From NCBI GenBank assembly GCA_963800065.1, contig CAWCZO010000007.1:176474-240473 (forward strand): a stretch of DNA of 64,000 nt, read 5' to 3'. A model generated the notes under the pieces. The model ran no database searches, was not told where the DNA came from, and worked only from the letters and a program-made list of their open reading frames with translations. Below are positions 61,754 through 64,000 of this stretch, piece by piece. A program made the position numbers and the translations under genes. This DNA comes from an uncultured Acidimicrobiaceae bacterium. Its GTDB lineage: Bacteria; Actinomycetota; Acidimicrobiia; Acidimicrobiales; UBA8190. Each line of letters opens with the position of its first letter. Position 1 is the stretch's first letter.

Positions 61754-62437
61754 GTGACGACCGTGAGTACGGAATGTGGACCTCTGGCGCTGGTGGGTGG
61801 CGGCGAATGGCAGCCGGGGTGTGATTTCGACGCCGACCTGCTGGCGGCGTCGGGGGGGACGGAGGTCCTCGTCCTGCCCACGGCGGCCGCCTATGAGCAT
61901 CCCGAGAAGACGGTGGAGAGTGCCCGGACCTGGTTCAAGGGGATCGGCGGGGTGGTGCGGGGCCTGATGGTCCTCGGTCGGCGCGATGCCGAGGACGAGG
62001 CCAACGCCTCCGCCGTGCGGGCCAGCCGGTTCACGTACCTGGGGGGCGGCTCCTCGATGCACCTGCGCTCGGTGCTGAAGGGGTCCCGGCTCTGGGACGC
62101 CCTCCTGGCGTCGTGGCGCGACGGCGCCGTGGTGGCCGGCTCGTCGGCGGGGGCGATGGTTCTCACCGACCCCATGGTGGATTCGCGCGGGGGTGCGCTG
62201 ACCGTCGGCCTCGGCCTGGTCGAGCAGATCGCCGTGATCCCCCATTTCGGTCACGAGAACGCCGAGAAGGTGCACCGGTCGATCGCCCTGGCGGCGCCGG
62301 GCCTGCCCGTGGTGGGGATCCCCGAACGGACCGCCCTCATCCGTGACCCGTCCGGCGCCTGGCGCCAGGCCGGCCAGGGCGATGTGCAGGTCTTCGTGAG
62401 CGGCCGGGCGGCCGGGTTCGACGCCCTGCCCCACTGA
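61754..62437 (+). CDS. Peptidase S51 / cyanophycinase-like class I glutamine-amidotransferase-fold protein
   Basis: From in-frame GTG 61754. LALVGGGE.., ..YLGGGSS.. and ..VAGSSAGAMV.. (nucleophile Ser) pattern. Confidence 0.55.
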   Translation: MTTVSTECGPLALVGGGEWQPGCDFDADLLAASGGTEVLVLPTAAAYEHPEKTVESARTWFKGIGGVVRGLMVLGRRDAEDEANASAVRASRFTYLGGGSSMHLRSVLKGSRLWDALLASWRDGAVVAGSSAGAMVLTDPMVDSRGGALTVGLGLVEQIAVIPHFGHENAEKVHRSIALAAPGLPVVGIPERTALIRDPSGAWRQAGQGDVQVFVSGRAAGFDALPH

Positions 62438-62500
62438 AACACCGGCGGCGAGGGGATGCCCCCGCCCGCCCCCCGGCGCTCCGCCGGTCGGGACCGGCCG

Positions 62501-63055
62501 TCAGTCGGACTCGCTGATGGTGACCTTCTCGATGGTGACGCGCTCGGTCGGCTTGCCCTGCGGGGTGCCCACGGCGTCGATGGCCGTCACCGTCTCGAGC
62601 CCGGAGACGACCTTGCCGAACAGCGAGTACTTGGGCGGTAGGGCCATGCCGTCGGGGCCGGAGATGACGAAGAACTGGCTCCCGTTGGTGTCGGGTCCGG
62701 CGTTGGCCATGGCCAGCGATCCCAGCTCGTAGCGGCCGGGCTTGGGCAGCTCGTCGGCGAATTGGTAACCGGGACCGCCCGTCCCCTTCCCGGTGGGGTC
62801 ACCGCCCTGGAGGACGAAGCCGGGAATGACCCGGTGGAAGACGATGCCGTCGAAGTAGTGGAAGAGGGCGAGGACGACGAAGCTGTTCACCGTGCGCGGC
62901 GCCGAGAGGGGGTCCAAGGCGATGGTCATCGTTCCCTTCGACGTCTCCATGGTGGCCGTGTAGCGCTTGTCGGTGTCGATGCACATGGGCGGCTCGGCGT
63001 CGAACTTCCGGCGCGGGGCGCTCGAGCCGTCGGCGGCGGGACATTCGAAGGTCAT
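62501..63055 (-). CDS. Cyclophilin-type peptidyl-prolyl cis-trans isomerase
   Basis: FHRVIPGFVLQGGDPTG.GTGGPGY.F.DE and MANAGPDTNGSQFFI motifs. Confidence 0.9.
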   Translation of the reverse strand: MTFECPAADGSSAPRRKFDAEPPMCIDTDKRYTATMETSKGTMTIALDPLSAPRTVNSFVVLALFHYFDGIVFHRVIPGFVLQGGDPTGKGTGGPGYQFADELPKPGRYELGSLAMANAGPDTNGSQFFVISGPDGMALPPKYSLFGKVVSGLETVTAIDAVGTPQGKPTERVTIEKVTISESD

Positions 63056-63081
63056 GACGATGCCTCTTCCGGTGGGGGTGG

Positions 63082-63927
63082 TCAGGACTCGGCGATGGTG
63101 ACGGACAACATCCGGTGGGTCACCAGTGGTGTCCCGCTCGATGTCCCGTCGGCGTTGATCTTCTGCACGACCGCCTGGCCCGACGTGACGTGGCCGAACA
63201 GTGAGTAGCCGGGGTTGTTGTACGGACCCACGAGGATGAAGAACTGGCTGCCGTTGGTGTTGGCGCCCGAATTGGCCATGGCCACCTCGCCCGCCGTGTA
63301 GCCGCCCCGGGGCGAGTCGTTCTCGTTGGCGAACTCGTAGCCGGGGCCCGAGTCGGTCCCCCCGTTGCTCTGGTTCGGGCTGCCGGTCTGGTCCATGAAG
63401 GTGGGGATCACCCGCATGAAGGCCTCGCAGTCGAAGAAATGGTGATCGGCCAGGAACACGAAGCTGTTGACGGTCTTCGGTGCGTCCTTGGCGTCGAGGG
63501 CGATGGTGAAGCTACCGACGTCGGTCGTCACCGCGGCCGTGTACGTCTTCGACGTGTCGATCGTCATGGCCGGGGCGCTCTTGTAGGTGGGCTTGCTCAA
63601 CGGGGTCTGAGGGTTCGAGGGGCACCCGGCCGCCACCGCCGCCTGGTCGGCGGCGGTCTGGGCGGCGGACGGGGCCGTCGTGGTGGTGGCGGGCGTCGAC
63701 GTGGTGGGGGCGGTGCTGCTGGTGGTGCTGGTGGCCCCGGACTTCTTGCCGGCGGTGTTCTTGGTGCTGTTGCCGGAGACCAGGACGTAGATCCCGGCGG
63801 CGACGGCCACCAGGACCACGACCGTGATCGTCCGCCTCACCGTCGAGCGGCGCCTCTGCGCCCGCTGGAGGGCGGCCAGCTTGGCCTCTCTGGCGGCGCG
63901 TTTGCGCGCCCGCTTATCGCTCGGCAT
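63082..63927 (-). CDS. Membrane-anchored cyclophilin-type PPIase with a Thr/Ala-rich linker
   Basis: ATG 63927. Basic N-terminus, TM ITVVVLVAVAAGIYVLV, linker TSTTSSTAPTTSTPATTTTAP, then FMRVIPTFMDQTG and MANSGANTNGSQFFI. Confidence 0.85.
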   Translation of the reverse strand: MPSDKRARKRAAREAKLAALQRAQRRRSTVRRTITVVVLVAVAAGIYVLVSGNSTKNTAGKKSGATSTTSSTAPTTSTPATTTTAPSAAQTAADQAAVAAGCPSNPQTPLSKPTYKSAPAMTIDTSKTYTAAVTTDVGSFTIALDAKDAPKTVNSFVFLADHHFFDCEAFMRVIPTFMDQTGSPNQSNGGTDSGPGYEFANENDSPRGGYTAGEVAMANSGANTNGSQFFILVGPYNNPGYSLFGHVTSGQAVVQKINADGTSSGTPLVTHRMLSVTIAES

Positions 63928-64000
63928 GGCCCGACACCCTACCCGGCCGACCGGGACCGGGGCGGTCGGCGGCCCGGCGGCCTGGGCCCGGGTCACCCCT

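Overview
High-GC (about 70-75% by hand counts on sample lines) Actinomycetota-like chromosomal segment. It is densely coding, with many ATGA/GTGA start-stop overlaps.

Gene content, left to right:
- pxpBA fragment, a MarP-like protease, and a GH15 / archaeal-type glucose dehydrogenase / MBL-hydrolase operon.
- A run of closely spaced or overlapping genes (6.1-19.5 kb): GH4 glycosidase, beta-hydroxyacid dehydrogenase, aldolase-like TIM barrel, FGGY kinase, LarA homolog, an unusual Liv-type ABC importer (MFS-LivF fusion, LivH-LivM fusion, LivG) and a tandem-duplicated family III CoA-transferase.
- TauD-like dioxygenase, a Liv-type binding protein, an esterase, nagB with a beta-propeller lipoprotein, and a ribose-type sugar ABC system.
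- An accessory stretch (31.4-46.7 kb): a SipW-type signal peptidase fused to a large multi-domain tail with a TasA-like substrate gene, a 14-blade Cys-pair repeat protein with IPT domains, a PHM/DBH-like copper monooxygenase, a beta-helix-like secreted protein and a SARP-ATPase-TPR regulator. The part from 38.3 kb on has clearly lower GC (47-60% on sampled lines) and ends at tRNA-Ser(CGA). No integrase or transposase was seen.
- tRNA-Ser / tadA / tRNA-Ser / SRP RNA / dnaX / recR, an SPPY-type methyltransferase plus nuclease pair, an ethylmalonyl-CoA pathway cluster (thiolase, ccr, epimerase, pccB, accE, meaA/ecm, hbd), an SDR, an S51-like peptidase and two cyclophilins.

Main anomaly: from about 48.38 to 56.55 kb, nine consecutive genes, including essential dnaX, are broken by what look like single-base insertions, while everything outside that block reads through cleanly.

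Limits: all calls come from reading the ORF track and sequence and recognising motifs by eye. No searches were run. Frameshift positions and RNA ends are approximate.
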